The notes beneath the pieces are model-generated. The model was given only the letters and a program-made list of their open reading frames with translations. It was not told the origin of the DNA and did no database searches. Below are positions 14,181 to 28,569 of a stretch of 64,000 bases of DNA, one piece after another (position 1 is the first letter of the stretch; each line of letters opens with the position of its first letter). Both the position numbers and the translations under genes were made by a program. This stretch comes from Malacoraja senta (taxonomy: Eukaryota), in assembly GCA_038087875.1 (NCBI GenBank), contig CM075993.1, positions 1,738,001 to 1,802,000 of the forward strand, given 5' to 3'.

Positions 14181-17100
14181 CCTGATAAGGGAGGCTTGGA
14201 TATTCTGTTTACTTAGAAATATGAGAGATAATCTCAATAAAATGAGATTTGACATGGCAGATTCAGAATTGATGCTTTGGCTGGCTCGGGTGTCAAGCCT
14301 TAAATTAAGGGATCAGCTTTGAATCCTTTATCAGGGTATTGAATCATTGGAAATTTTTACCCAAGATGACTGTAAGGCTTAGAGCACATGTTCAATACAG
14401 AAGGAAATAGATTTTTAAATGTTATGGGAATTAAGGGGTACGGGATCAGTGCAAGCACAAGGCAGTGATATAAAAGGTGAGCTTTGACCATGTTGCATAA
14501 GCAAGTAGTTACCAGGGATTGAATGGCTCACTACATACACTCCCTCTCTGACGTTATATTCTTAACTTGGTTTCATGCCACACCCAAGGTTCAAAAATAT
14601 CCAAACCAGAAACAAGTCACATGAATCTGATCCGTCAAATTCAATTCCCGATTCATTCTGAGTTAACTGCAGAGGTTCTGCAGTAACAAGAATCAGCAAA
14701 AAAAAGACCTAATTTCATAGAGAAAATGAGCAGTGAAGAAATAAAACCCAGCCAAGTTACCCAACCCGACTGGAGCTCAGAAAACCTTCTAGAGACTTGG
14801 TTGTCTCTGAAATTATTTATTTTGCCATTAACTCACAGCTACAAAGGTAGCAAGAAAAACTAGGCATTCAGAAGAATGGATGATACAAGACTCTTCATTA
14901 ATCCATCAAGCAGAAAAACATGGAGTGGGGGGGGGGGAGATAAAAAGTAAGCTGCAAGGGCAGTCTGTCCAGACAACGTCATGACCGCTTCGCGAAGGCT
15001 GGAGTTCAAATAGATATTTGGTGCAGTGTCAAAGATTATCTGCGTCAATCTTATGCCAGACCTAACTTGACTCTACATAATGCTGACACGAGCTGCATAA
15101 AAATGATTGCAGCTTCTTTGGATTAAAATAGAATTGTGCTTTGCAGCTCAATGAAACCACGAACAGCTCACTTCTGTGAGAAATGAGCAGAGTATCTGGG
15201 AATGTTACTTTTCTACAAACTTCTTTAATAAGGATTTGGCAATAATTTGATAATATTTAAACCGACAAAGCACTAGTTAACAGATACAAGTAGTCTGATT
15301 TCCCCATCAGTAATCATATAAGCAGATTTATTTTCTGTTAAGGATATAAGTGAACATGCACTGCATTTAAAATGGATACAATTTTTGAATCTATCCAACA
15401 CAATACCATCCAGTACGGCAAACTCTGTTGAAAGTTGCAGTTACTGATAAATCTGCATTGCTGCTCTTTGCCACTATTGTCCTAGATTCCTTGTTCAAAG
15501 GCCGTTTAAACAATCTGACGACAGAAAAAATTATACCACCTCAAAGGCACAAAGATCAATGCAACTATACTTCCATCCAGTGAGTCCTGAACAGTCATCT
15601 GTAGTTCCTTCCTACACAGTCAAGTATTTTGGTCTTTCCATGCAGACATTTTTAAATTAGGCTCCCAATGAACTCAATTGAAAGAGACCTTCAAATTTGG
15701 TACGACATGAATTAATGATCCTACAAACGTCATTTTCTCCTCTCTTTCAGCAAGATGTTTCTCCTAATTTTCTCCCAAAAAGCAGTGTTCACAACGTGAT
15801 ACTGGACAAATCTTATTTTAATAAATTTTTAAAAGAGTAAAGATTGGCCTAGTTTCCCCCCCAACCCCCTCTACACAATATGTAGCACTAAACTTCTTGC
15901 ATGTCTCAAGTGACTACTGAGCTCACAACAACGACTGAGGCAAGTACTGTCCATTGAGCAATGGTTGGGAAATCAGTTCTTGAATAATGACAATTCTCCA
16001 AAAGTGAAGCACTATTTAACCTCTAATTGCTATAAATTAATTCCCCTCTGGCTATATCTATATCAAGCAAGAACACTACTTTTGTGCAATAGTGCTACGG
16101 CATTGAATAAACTTGCTCTATGTAACATTGGCCTTGTGCTTCCAATACTGCAAGGCTTCTCAGAGAGCTAAAAGCTGTTTATATTCGGCAAGTGTGAATC
16201 CTGTTTATAGTTGGCACATAAGAAGCATTGTCCTTTTATGGTAATTGTAAGCACTTCTTGTAATTGTAAGTACACTTCTAATACTGGCTTGTACAGCCGG
16301 CCAGAGATAAATGCCTGAGACATGAGGTAGATCTAAAGTGACGAACACCAGCTTTAACATACTAACATTAAATAATGTGGAATTCATCGTCCAAACTACA
16401 GAATTAGTTTCAAGAACATGACTTGTGTCCTAGCAAACTGCCGGTGTATCCTAAAATCCCCACAAATTACCATTTTGTTCAAAATATGGATCCAAATGAG
16501 CAAATCCCTATATTTTATTTACAGCTACGATGGTGAAAATCCCAATTTTAATAAAAATCTGAACAAATCTCATAAATATTCATGTTGCGTCCAACTCCCA
16601 CGTCTATGAAACACTGATGTGAACAAATAACATTTCTGATGTTTCTTAAGTAAAACACTAAAGACACTGGAGGGTTTGTATGTAATTGAAGCTACTTGAA
16701 ATACTCATCGGATCTGTTAGCATGTGAGCAGATAGAAATGGAGCAAAGGCTTCAGCACAATATTTCATCAGAACCATGAAAGATTGGAGAAAACAGAGGG
16801 GGACAGAAGGAGGAACTGAGAAAACAGAAATAAAAGTGTGACAGAATGAGTTGGGTAGGAAAGATTAAGTAACAAATGGGTTTAAAATAAAAGCAAGAAG
16901 AGCTGTTGCTTCAGAGCTCGGCCAATTCAGTTTAAACCCTGACCTCCATACTGTATGGGTGGAATTTGCATGACCTCCCTGCGATGGTGTGGGCAGCATC
17001 TTCTAGGTGCTCTGGTTTTCTCCCATTTCCCCAAAATGCAGGTGGATAGGCTAATTGCCCACTCGTCACCACCGCCTCTTTTCCATGCTCCATGAACATT

Positions 17101-17535
17101 TGGAGTTCTGATTTTAACAATATCAGTAGCATTATATTTACATCAACATCAGTAAAAGTTCATAGCAAGTTCAAATTAAATTATATTTTTTTGAAATAGC
17201 TACATGTACTAGATGGACCAGAAAGGTCATCCAATAAGCCTGGAAGCTGATTGCACATCCCCATGGATGCTTGGTATATCATTTCTAATAGCAAAGGGTT
17301 TATAACCACAATGTAAATGATGCCTTGAATACAAATGGAAATGTTGAAAACTATACTGCAGTATAGTTTTCAAAACTAAAACTAGCATACACAGAAATCA
17401 TATGGAAACATAGGGGAAAATGGTAAAGTGACTGATGATTTATTTCCTAAACATCACCGCAATTATTGTAAAGATGTATATAACAACAAAACTACCCTAA
17501 AGGGAATCGAGCTAAACAAATGGGAAAATTAAATT

Positions 17536-17714
17536 GTGTAGGAAGGAACTGTAGATGCTCGTTTAAACCATAGACACAAAAAGCTGGAGTAACTCAGCGG
17601 GTCAGACAGCATCTCTGGAGGAAAGGAATAGGTGACCGAAACGTCACCTATTCCTTTTGTTCAGAGATGCTGCCTGATCCGCTGTGTTAGTCCAGCTTTT
17701 TGTGCCTATCTTCG
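17536..17714. mobile_element. Short palindromic PLE-derived element
   Basis: Inverted arms (GCTGGAGTAACTCAGCGGGTCAG...) around GGTGACCGAAACGTCACC, with one-sided tail. Confidence 0.75.
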
Positions 17715-19237
17715 GAGAACTAAATGGATTAATAGAACTCTTATCAAAGTCATCAATAATAGCTTTTGTGAATATAACCAAAGTAGTTGATCCCTTCTTA
17801 GCCTATTGGTGCCATTTGGTTGACAACGTCATTCATCAGCAGTTCACAAGCTCAACGGGAATGGAACATTGCAAGGGTGAGGGGTGACCCAATTAACCAC
17901 AAACTAGTTTGACCTCAGTGCTGGGGACAATTTGAGAAACACAGAAATAATAGTAAGTGTTGGGAAATGGCTGGGAAGGTTGAGGAAAAAGGCTGGAAAT
18001 ACTTAACAGGCAACATCTGTGGAAAACAAAATCTATCATAGTTCTATAAAAGATAGTCAATCTAAAACTTCAACTTTGTTTCTCCCTCCTTAGATAATGG
18101 TTGACGTTTAGTATTTCCAACATTTTCTTAATGGGAGGTCAATGGGAGAAAAATATGATTGATGTGCTATTAATGGACTTACCAAACTTAAGGTGCTACA
18201 TAAAAGTCTTGTCATTAAGATTACAGGCAATGGAATAAAAGAGTAGCACAGACAGAAAACCGACCAACGAACTAGAAAGAGACAGTAGTAGTGAAACTAC
18301 TGGACTGTAGAAGATTGTTTTTCATGCTGGAGATCAGTATACTGTGGGGCTTCCAAGGGTTTGGGAACCACTCTGCCTTTCTCAATATATTATAATGATC
18401 GGGGCTTGGGTTTTCATTGCATACACTCAAAATTTGTTAACAAAAATTGGAGGAACAGTGGGGAAGATAAAAATAGACTTGAAGGAGATGTGGTTGGTGG
18501 ATTGGCCCAAAGGTGAAATTTAACACTGAGAAATGCGAAGCGTTACATTTTGATGTGAAAGAATGACAATAGGTCAATGTAAATTAGAGGACAGAATGCT
18601 AAAAGATGTAGAAGAGAGATCGGGTGACAGGGGCAGGGGGGTTATATGCATTGTTCATTGAAAGTGGCAAGGCAAATTATAAAAGTACATAAAAATATAC
18701 TAGAAATTGGGTTTTATAAAGGCGTAGAATAATACATGTAAGGAAGTCACGATGAGCCTTTATAAAACACTAATTTTGCCACAACAGGGGTACTGTGTTC
18801 ATTTCTGGGCATCACACTTCCTTATTCAGGTAGTAGAAACACAAAAATTGATTGAGATCCCTTTGACATTTTGGTCCCTTGCTATTAAATGGGCTACTAA
18901 ATAATGCAGAGCTGGTCAGATACATTCTAGTTAAGACCAGGAAAAGAGCAAAGATTCTAATCTGACAATGGTTGAAGCTTTTGCTGATGCATAACTGAAT
19001 TACTGAAAATAGCCAGACACATTAAAAAAATAAATGATGTAATATGTGAAATTAAAATCAAGATTTTACAAATAATAAATAAAAGCAATAAATACATACA
19101 AATAATACAAAATTTATTTTGCAAATAATCACCACAAATTTTAAAAACAGTGATTTAAAAATTAGCAGGTTGCAATCACGACCATGAACTGCGTGGAAAC
19201 TATGTTAAAGGAGACGAAGCAACATTGCTGTACAATG

Positions 19238-19475
19238 GTGTACAAAGGAACTGTAGATGCTGGTTTAAACCAAAGATAGACACAAAATGCTGGAGTAACT
19301 CAGCGGGACAGGCAGCATCTCTGGAGAGAAGGAATGGCGAGAAAGAATGGGGGTCTCTCCCCCCACCCCCCCCTGACTCGCAGCCTGAAGAAGGGTCTCG
19401 ACCCGAAACGTCATCCATTCCTTCTCTCCAGAGATGCTGCGTTTCCAGCTGAGTTACTCCAGCATTTTGTGTCTG
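19238..19475. mobile_element. Short palindromic PLE-derived element with intact hammerhead core at 19385-19412
   Basis: Inverted arms, one-sided tail, CTGAAGAAGGGTCTCGACCCGAAACGTC. Confidence 0.8.
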
Positions 19476-21389
19476 TAGTACAATTCATCTGCTACTTGGT
19501 TATCTAGATCTTGCTTAGTGAGAACCTGTAGTTTCACATTACCAAAATGACAGTGTCTGATCTACCAGTAATTGCTTTGTTAGCAAAGACAGGTAAACGG
19601 AGAAACATAGTAAATATTACATGGGATACTGGAGCTCACTGCATTTTCCTTCAAACTAGTTTCCCCTTTACTTATTTAATGGTTGTGGCATAACACTGCC
19701 TGGAGAATTCAATTTGTTCAAATTACATATTTAAAATTACACAGCCTTCTGGGTGAGTTTTATAGCCAAATTTAATTTCAGATCATAGGACAACCTCGTC
19801 TTATAACACATTAACAAAATTATTCCAATCACATGAAGATAAATCGTTTTTTGTGTATTAATTCTATTTTTAGAATTTTGCTCAAGCTGTCACGGCAGAT
19901 GCTCGAATCCAATCTCTAAAATAACACAGCAACCCCACGTCATATTCAAGTGGGAGCGGCCCAGATTTCACATTATAAATCCAAAAGGAGTGCAGGGAAT
20001 TTGATAAAGGTCAAACTATCCAAAAATTAAATATTTAAAACACTTTGTATGCCTGCAAAGCCACCTGTTTTTAACCTGCTCTGTACTGCCCTTGTGTAGG
20101 CCCTGCATACTTAAATGCTCAAAAGGATCACAGCTACATGGAGCACTTGGAAAAGCTAAAAATACGCTGAACATCAGAATTAATCTACAGCGGCTTGTGA
20201 AATGCAGGCAACTCGGATTCAATCGGAACTTTAAATAACAAATATTGTAGAATATATATTGATATCAATTAATAGAGAATATAAGCTCTCAAATTCTGCT
20301 TAAAGCAAAATCATATATACTATAGCATTTGAATTTATTGCTACACTTTTAGTTCTTGAAATCCTGCATAATACAGTTTAATGCTTATAAAAGAATGATT
20401 CTTCAATTTTTTAATTAAGATTATATTTTTGCCTTAATTTGAAGGGATGACTGTATAAAAGATAATGACGGCATTTACTGCGTTCTATGAATGACAGAAG
20501 CAGACTAAACCAGCAACTGCGTGACTGCAGAATCATTCAAAGCCTGGAGCACAATTTTGGTCGTTTACAACGCTGAAGGGGACTCTGATTAAATGTGATG
20601 AATTAAAAACTTAAATGATTATTCAATACAAATATAAACTAAATCCCCCAAAATTCCAATGTTTTTAAACAAAGCACAGGCTTGCCTCAAATAATCACTC
20701 ATGTTTGACGTGTTTAATCTCTAAGCACATGAAAATAGGAAGAGAGGCCAAGCACATAGAACTTTAAAGCAAATTGGAAATATATTTAATTTATGCCTTA
20801 ACACAGCTTTCAGGATTTATGTTTGTTATGGCAGAGCAATATTCCAGAACAGATTTGATTGGAAATGCAGTATGGAATTTCCATTTTTCTCTCATTCTGC
20901 ACGTCAGAATCATTACAATTTGCAATTTAAGTGGCCGTCACTATCCTGCCAATACCTAATGCAACCCGTCTTCAAATTTGCACACCAACATTTTGAAGTT
21001 ATCTTTCCATAAATCTTGCATTCTAACATTAATTATAATTTATTCTTTAACTGCTATTTATTCAATGAATGTCACCTAAACCAATAAACATCTTAACAAC
21101 AAACACTAGATTAATACTGCAACTTGGGTAGCAACTGGAAAGGCAGAGATTCACTGTGATTCAGCACATCGCCAAATCGTTCAAAAGTATCTCATGCTTG
21201 ACCTCCTCGGGATTTTCTTGTTTGTGGATTTGCACTTTAATTGCCCTTTAAACTCGCAGCAGAAAGTCAGCTTCCATAATTGAGCACATGTAACCTACAA
21301 TAAATATTAATGACTGAATCAATCTCTCTTGTCAGAAACTGTTCCGTGGTCTCATTTCTCCAGTACATGAATAGAAACGATTAAAAATT

Positions 21390-21806
21390 TGTAGGAAGAA
21401 ACTGATGCTGGTTTACATCGAAGATAGACACAAAATGCTGGAGTAACTCAGCGAGATAGGCAGCATCTCTGGAGAGAAGGAATGGGTGATGTTTCGGGTC
21501 GAGACCCTTCTTCAGACTGAGAGTCAGGGGAGAGGGAAGACACAGAGATAAGGAAGTGTAAGGTGTGAAAATGAGACATCAAGAGAAATGCGAATCAAGG
21601 AAATTGTAGAATAGATCATTGTTAGCTAGAAGAAGTTGACAACAAAGCAAACAGAGATAAAATGTAATCAACAATAGTCAGACTGGCCGGAGAACTGGGA
21701 AGGGGGAGGGATGGATAGAAACCATTGAGGGAAGGCAAGGGCTACTTGAAGTTAGAGAAGTCAATATTCATACCGCTGGGGTGTAAGCTGCCCAAGCGAA
21801 ATATGA
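21390..21806 (-). mobile_element. 3' end of a PLE, subfamily B (ORF C-terminus, terminal repeat, hammerhead)
   Basis: Minus strand reads IFRLGSLHPSGMNIDF, homologous to the 54404 ORF end, then the terminal repeat. Related piece at 45640-45880. Confidence 0.8.
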
Positions 21807-24800
21807 AATAAAAAGGTCATTGTTACTCTAAGATTTGTGCTCTTCTTCCATTTTTTCTGTCCTTGAACATAATCATTTTTCCTTCACTTTATTTCTATTT
21901 TTACACCTGCTTGGATAATGATTTCAACTACTCCATCTTTTCCTCAGTTCTTCCACTTTATATGTCAATCATTTATCTTAATTCCTGGGGAAGATTTGTT
22001 TTGCCCACCATTGAACTGGATTCACAGATGCTATGCTGCCTTCATTCTATGGGGAACTTGCATTTTAAATTCACCAGACCAGGCTATGAGATACCCCACT
22101 TCAGGGAAAATATGGTTCAAAATCTAAACTATCCACTATAATAATCAGTATTTTTTTGTTATAACTAAGGGGACAAAAGAAAAACATGTTAACATTAAGC
22201 TTGTTCTCTATGCTGACAGCCGAAACAGCAAGACCACTAACCTATCACTCCTATGCTCAAGAATTCAACTTACACATTTGCACAGTCCACATTAGATCCA
22301 ACCAAATCATCACCTTAATGCTGCAGACTAATGCAGTTCAAAAAGGAATGGCACAGAAACAGGTCGACAGCAGATATTCTAATAATGCCAATACATGTTG
22401 CTAGAAGATGCACAATTATTCTGCAGTGGCCATTATACAAGTTGACTTCAGGGAAAACCTGCTCTTGAACAATAGTTCAAAATACAAGAACTTCTAAGTG
22501 CTATAATGCCTAACAATTTAATGCTGTTTAAGACCCTCGGTACTTTTTTTATCTCAATGGAGTGCCCACACAGACAAACATACCCAAGAACATTCATATG
22601 TGTATACACACGAATGGAAACCTTAACATTTAGTTAGTTAATTTTACTATCTGGCCAAAAATGATGAATGCTGCAGTATTCAAGTGAAGAAGGACTCCTA
22701 CATATACTACCTACCAACATTACTGTGCTCTTGCTAAACAAAACAGCTGCATTTTGCAAAAGGAAAACATTTATTAATTAAGGCAGCTATAAACAAAGAA
22801 AAATAACTGGACACAATTACAGTACACAAATGCTACAGCTATTGGGGAATAAATTAAAATACTGCAATAATTTTTAAATGAATCAAGTTTGACACTGTTA
22901 ATACTGTACCTGGTTGTTAATTCTCAAAGAATAGTCACCATAAAAAGCAACTTGCATTAGTCAAATGTTAAACCACATCTTTATGAAATATGAACATTTA
23001 AAGCAAAATATTAATGGTGAGCACATTAATTCTGAAAAATAACATTTTTAATTGATTCATTCTAATCACCTCTGAAAAGTCATGTGAATGTATTATTGCA
23101 TTTATGTAACATTTTACGATGTTGTCACAGACCATCCAGTGAATGTGTCACTTACTTTGTTTACATGGTGCTAAATTTGTAGCATTTTGAATATGATTTG
23201 AACACTGAAACCTCACAATTCTGTATCGGACTACAAATATAAATAATAAATCTGACTCTAACCAGCACATTGAAATAAAGATGGATTTTCACTACATCAT
23301 ATAGGTCCCATATTGCAGGCTTCAGTATGTGCATGCAAATACATGCACACACATTTAATTTTGTAGCTTTGCAGAAAACATTTCTGGCTTTCATTACTGA
23401 GACTAAATGGGCTGGAATCAAAACAAAATTTTAAAAATCTCACAAGACATTGTACTTTTCTACATCGCAGACAGAGCTGTTGGTTGTGAAGCAAGTCTGC
23501 ACTCCCAATAGCACAGGCAACAATTATAATTAATCATAGGTTGCTGCTAAATTAGAGGGTCCTTTTCTGAAAAATTTGGGAGCTAAAATGCACCATAATT
23601 TAGACTGCACAAATAGTGTTTTAAACCAGCAGCAATTTTAGCTTGAAAGGAAAAGGATCTATACTAAAATGGACTTGTTACAGAAAACATTCAACTTTAA
23701 AATACATAAAGTTGAGGAAACACTCAGCATGTGAAGCTGCATTGAGAAAGAAACTGACTTAATGTTTCAAGTTCAAGACTATCAGAACTGGACAACTAAC
23801 ATTCAGTTTCCTCCACCAATTGAGAACATTGGGTTTTACTAGCAAATAGTTTAGTTAAATGCCATTAACATTATAAAATCTAAACGACAATCTTTCACAC
23901 ACTAGCTGACAAGTCAATGGTAAGATTATGGATAGTGTGCAGGTGGAAGAGATTAGTTTAACTTGGCATCATGTTCGGCAAGGACCTTGTAAGCCATAGG
24001 GCCTGATCCCGTGCTGTATTGTTCTGCTTTCTATTATGGAAGATTCACACAACCTGGTCATTTATCCAGCAACCACACAAAATCAATTTCAAAAATAATA
24101 AGACCGTGTTCTAAATAATAATGGACAATGGAAAGGAGAAAGCGATTGAAGAATTTCTCCTGGTTCACCTGAGTAAATCCGTCATCTTAGTTCAAATTAA
24201 AGCCACAGCTGGCAAATGAAAATGTGATGGGGGGGGGGGGGGCAGCTTTTTTCTCCCCTCACCCCTCTTTCCATCCCCAAAACACCATCTATTTGAGATG
24301 AATGACTCCGTATCCCTCACAAGCAACTGCTGTAGCTTTCCTGTTGACTTTCCAAAGTAGGCATGAGAGAAAGGCAAATTAGCCTGACATGCAAGTCACT
24401 TGTAGCTTCTACACCAATTATCCCAGTTTTCCGCAGGTGAAATTCGAAGTTTGGTGGAAGCACCATGTAAACAGAGTAAAGACAGTGAGCACACAAACAG
24501 AACTCAAAAATGCAAACTTCAAGCAGCAGTTGGATTTGATTATAAAGATATAATCTCAATGACATTTCTTCAATGGGTCTGCCCCAGTTTATGTCCCTTT
24601 TGGGTGTGTACTGAACTACACACACAGAGGAGTGATCAGGGGTTCACTTTCCTTCCACTGTGCTTCACTGAGTTAGTAAGTCTCAGTAAATTGGGTGCGA
24701 CAAGCAACTTTCTCTTCTCCAGTTCATGAAAGCAGCCAATGTCAGTGGACATTCCTAGTAATTCCCCATAGACATCGGATAAGATCAGATGAGCCTTGGC

Positions 24801-25171
24801 TGCAAAGTCACTCAACCATCCTGCAATCATTAACCTGACAACTTATGACAAACACAAGTCACTGTGTCAAGAAGGAATTTGCAAAAGATTATTATAATTA
24901 AACAAGTAAATCTCCCTTTACAGCTTGAAACAATACTGAATGGCAGCAAATGCATTTGTCATCTTTGTTTTTTCAATTAAGTTAAAAATCCAAATGCTAC
25001 ATTCTAACTGAATAAATACAATGTGTTCATAAATACGGGTGAAAGGTGTGGGCTTTTTGGATGCGGCCAATCATTTCAATGAAATACTTACTGGAGACAC
25101 AGCACCTTGGAGGACACATTTGGCATTATAACACAGGGAACAAATACCAATGACTTGTTACCAGAGGATCA

Positions 25172-25335
25172 TTAAGGACATGTCCCACTCACACGATTTT
25201 TTCGGCGACTTGCCGGCACCCGTCATAGTCGCAGCAGGTGGCCGACAATTTTCAAAATGTTGAAAATCCAGCGGAGACCAGAAAAAGCTACGACTCTTTG
25301 GGCGACTGCTCACGGCCATACAGGCGTCACCTTTC
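25172..25335. mobile_element. Probable partial Harbinger-like MITE
   Basis: TAAGGACATGTCCCACT resembles the GGGCCTGTCCCACT TIR; CpG-rich body; second TIR not seen. Confidence 0.45.
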
Positions 25336-27469
25336 ACCCCGTATTTATGATTAATAATGAATAAGGCACAAAATATGAAAATATAATATAGAACATCTGC
25401 ATTCACAACCAGGCCTATTTTGTAAGCACCGAGTCCAAATTCAGGTTTAATTAAAGTGTGCAGAGAGGATTTACAAGGATGTTGCCAGGACTAGAGGCCC
25501 TGAGCTGTAGGGAGAGATTGAGCAGACTAGGAGCGGAGGAGGATGGAACGGAGGAGGATGAGGGGTTGTTATTTTACAGAGGTGTATAAGATAATGAGAA
25601 GAATATATAGGGTAAATGCACAGAGTATTTTACTCAGAGTAGGGGATCAAGAACCAGAGCACATAGGTTTAAGGAGAGGGGGTAAACATTTATAGGAACC
25701 TGAGGGGCAAGTTTTTTTTTCACATGAATGGTGGCAGGTATATGCAGAGGAGGTAGTCGAGGCAGGTTCTATCACAACTTTTTAAAAAAACATTTGGACA
25801 GGTACATGAATAGGATTAGAGGGATATGGGTAAACACAGGCCTGGGCAAGTTGGACTGAAGGGCCTGTTTCCATGTTCTATATGGGTTTTCAACAGAGTT
25901 TGTGGATTGTATTTCTGGGGCCACACTGACATTGTAATGCTTGCGATATTTCCTCACAATAGTCGCTGGAGTGCATCGAATTATCGAAAACGACTCCCTG
26001 AGAGGATAATTCTGACAGGACAAAATAAAATGTGTATTAAAAACAATGGCTCAGACATCAGAGTCCAGATATAGAATTTCATAAATTTTAAATTACTGTT
26101 GACAAAATAAAAATGATTAATAATGAATAAGGAACAAAATATGAAAATAGAATAATGAATCCTCTGCAGCCAGTTTATTACAGTTCAACAAGATGATTTC
26201 AAATGCATTTGCTACTGCCTCAAACCACACAAAAGCCGCCTACTGATAACCTAGAAATGTTTAATTTCTAGTTCAAGTTATTGCCTTTCAATATTTTACC
26301 TTTCCTGCATGTTCTGGCCTAGATTGCAAAGTGGAATATGACAAGGAAATTAATAACATCACTGCACTGCAGTACTGTTCACTGTTTGCAAATGGATCAT
26401 TACTGCAGAACAGCCCTCAATCCCATTTTAATGCAATATCACAATTGTTCCAATTAGAAAATGCTGCTGCATTTTGACCCTTTGCAGGCACTTGGCCTAT
26501 ATTTAATTGAAAGGTGGGAAAACATTGAAAACATTAAATAGGTTGCACGGCAAGGGGAGAAATGGAATTCCAGTGCATTGAGTTTGCATTTGTTTGTGTT
26601 GACAGTTATAAAATATAAAAAAAACACATGTATAAGGTGATGCATCATAGCTGGTTAAAATAAAGCATTTATATAATAAGACTCCACCCCATCCTTGGAT
26701 ATTTGTGCAAAACCAAGGTTATCATTCACTAGGACAAGGGCAATCTTTCCTTCCTTCATATTGGATCTTCCTAGCTCCACTCTCTGTTACACTGCAAGGC
26801 CCAAGACCTCACTCTTCCACCTATCATGGATACAGGTATGCTGCCACTGTACCCCATGCACCCAACCAGCCCCCCCCAATTCCTCACTCCATCCAACATT
26901 GTGCCAGTCCTTTGACTCCCCCACCCTTGCCCCTCATCACACACCTGGGAATCCACTCCAGGATCACCCCCCCTGCCAATGCACAGGTTTCTTAGTCCCC
27001 TCATCGACACCCTTCCCTCTGGGTTTCCTCAGTTATTTTCTGACTGCCCTAGATCAAACCCACCCCAGTACTTTGCTCCTATCCCCTGACTGTCCGAGCA
27101 CGCCAATCCCTCTTCCGGCACCCACTCCTCCCTGTTTCCTGGCCATCCCTCTCTACAACATCCCCAACAAATAATACCCGGGCTCCCATTCCATCACCTG
27201 CGTCCAACTCCTGTCTCTTTGCTCCTCCAGCACCCCCCTCTCTTCCCCCATTGCACCCCTTCCCCACCGCCCCCCCTCTCCTGGTCCTCCAGCCCACATC
27301 CCCATGTCCTGCAGCTCCCTTCCTCTTCCCACCCTGGTTGGTCAACCCCCCCCCCCCCCCCCCCACCACCTTTGTCCATCCCCCGACCCCCACCGGGTCT
27401 TCCAACTCTCCCCTCGCCCCCAGCAAGTCCTCATTTCCCATTCTCTCCCCATCTCTACCCGCTTCCTCC

Positions 27470-28230
27470 CCCCACTCCCTCCCTGCCTCCCCCTCCCCCC
27501 TCCCCTTCTCTCTCCCCCATCCCTCCCTCCCTTCTCTCTCCCCTCTCCCCCCTCCCCTTCTCTCTCCCCTCCCTCCCTCCCCTTCTCTCTCCCCCCTTCT
27601 CTCTCCCCCATCCCTCCCTCCCCTTCTCTCTCCCCTCTCCTCCCCCCTCCCCTTCTCTCTCCCCTTCTTTCTCCCCCTCCCTCCCCTTCTTTCTCCCCCT
27701 CCCTCCCCTTCTTTCTCCCCCTCCCTCCCCTTCTTTCTCCCCCTCCCTCCCCTTCTTTCTCCCCCTCCCTCCCCTTCTTTCTCCCCCTCTCTCCCCTTCT
27801 TTCTCCCCCTCCCTCCCCTTCTTTCTCCCCCTCCCTCCCCCCTCTCTCCCCCCTCCCTCCCCTTCTCTCTCCCCTTCTTTCTCCCCCTCCCTCCCCTTCT
27901 TTCTCCCCCTCTCTCCCCTTCTTTCTCCCCCTCCCTCCCCTTCTTTCTCCCCCTCCCTCCCCCCTCTCTCCCCCCTCCCTCCCCTTCTCTCTCCCCTTCT
28001 TTCTCCCCCTCCCTCCCCTTCTTTCTCCCCCTCCCTCCCCTTCTTTCTCCCCCTCCCTCCCCTTCTTTCTCCCCCTCCCTCCCCTTCTTTCTCCCCCTCC
28101 CCCCCCCCTCTCTCCCCCCTCCCCTTCTCTCTCCCCTACCCTCACTCTCTCCCCCCCCCCCCAATTTCACTCCTCTACCCCCACTCTCTCCCCCTCCTCT
28201 TCTCCCTGTGCTTCTCTCTCTCTCTCTCCC
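27470..28230. repeat. About 760-bp polypyrimidine/polypurine tract with a 22-bp unit (CTCCCTCCCCTTCTTTCTCCCC)
   Basis: Almost only C/T on the plus strand; accounts for the long Pro/Ser/Leu and Gly/Glu/Arg ORFs. Confidence 0.92.
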
Positions 28231-28303
28231 GCCATCCCGGCCTCAGCCCAGGCCCCAGGCCCCCCGCTCCCGGTCTCCAGGCCCCGGACCCGCACTCACT
28301 CAC

Positions 28304-28397
28304 CGCTCTGTCCGCGGACCGGCTCCGGCCGGAGCGAGAGCGCGAGGAGCGCGCACACGGCGGCGCCGAGGCGAGCAGGGCCGCGAGCCGTTGCCAT
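28304..28397 (-). CDS. NPTN: Neuroplastin coding exon 1 (signal peptide MATARGPARLGAAVCALLALSLRPEPVRGQS, phase-1 end)
   Basis: ATG in strong context (GCACCATGG) inside a CpG island; hydrophobic leader; donor G|GTGAGT at 28303. Splices in frame (G+CT=Ala) onto the 6560 exon, giving GQSAGFVKSP, like the mammalian neuroplastin QNAGFVKSP. Confidence 0.9.
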
Positions 28398-28569
28398 GGT
28401 GCTGGGGGGGACGGGGGAGGGGACGGAGCCGGGGCCGCCGCTGCTCAGGACTCGGTGTGTCCGCGCGACTGCCGCCCGCTCGCCCGCTCCTCACGCACCG
28501 CCCGCCGTCGCCACCCGCCCCGCCCCGCTGTAGGCCGCGGTGACGCAGTGCTCCCCTCCCCGCCGCCGG

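Noticed and set aside
14870..15200. Possible conserved non-coding enhancer in NPTN intron 1 (also 20460-20600 and 24150-24420)
   Set aside because: Looks unique and motif-rich, but conservation cannot be judged without an alignment.
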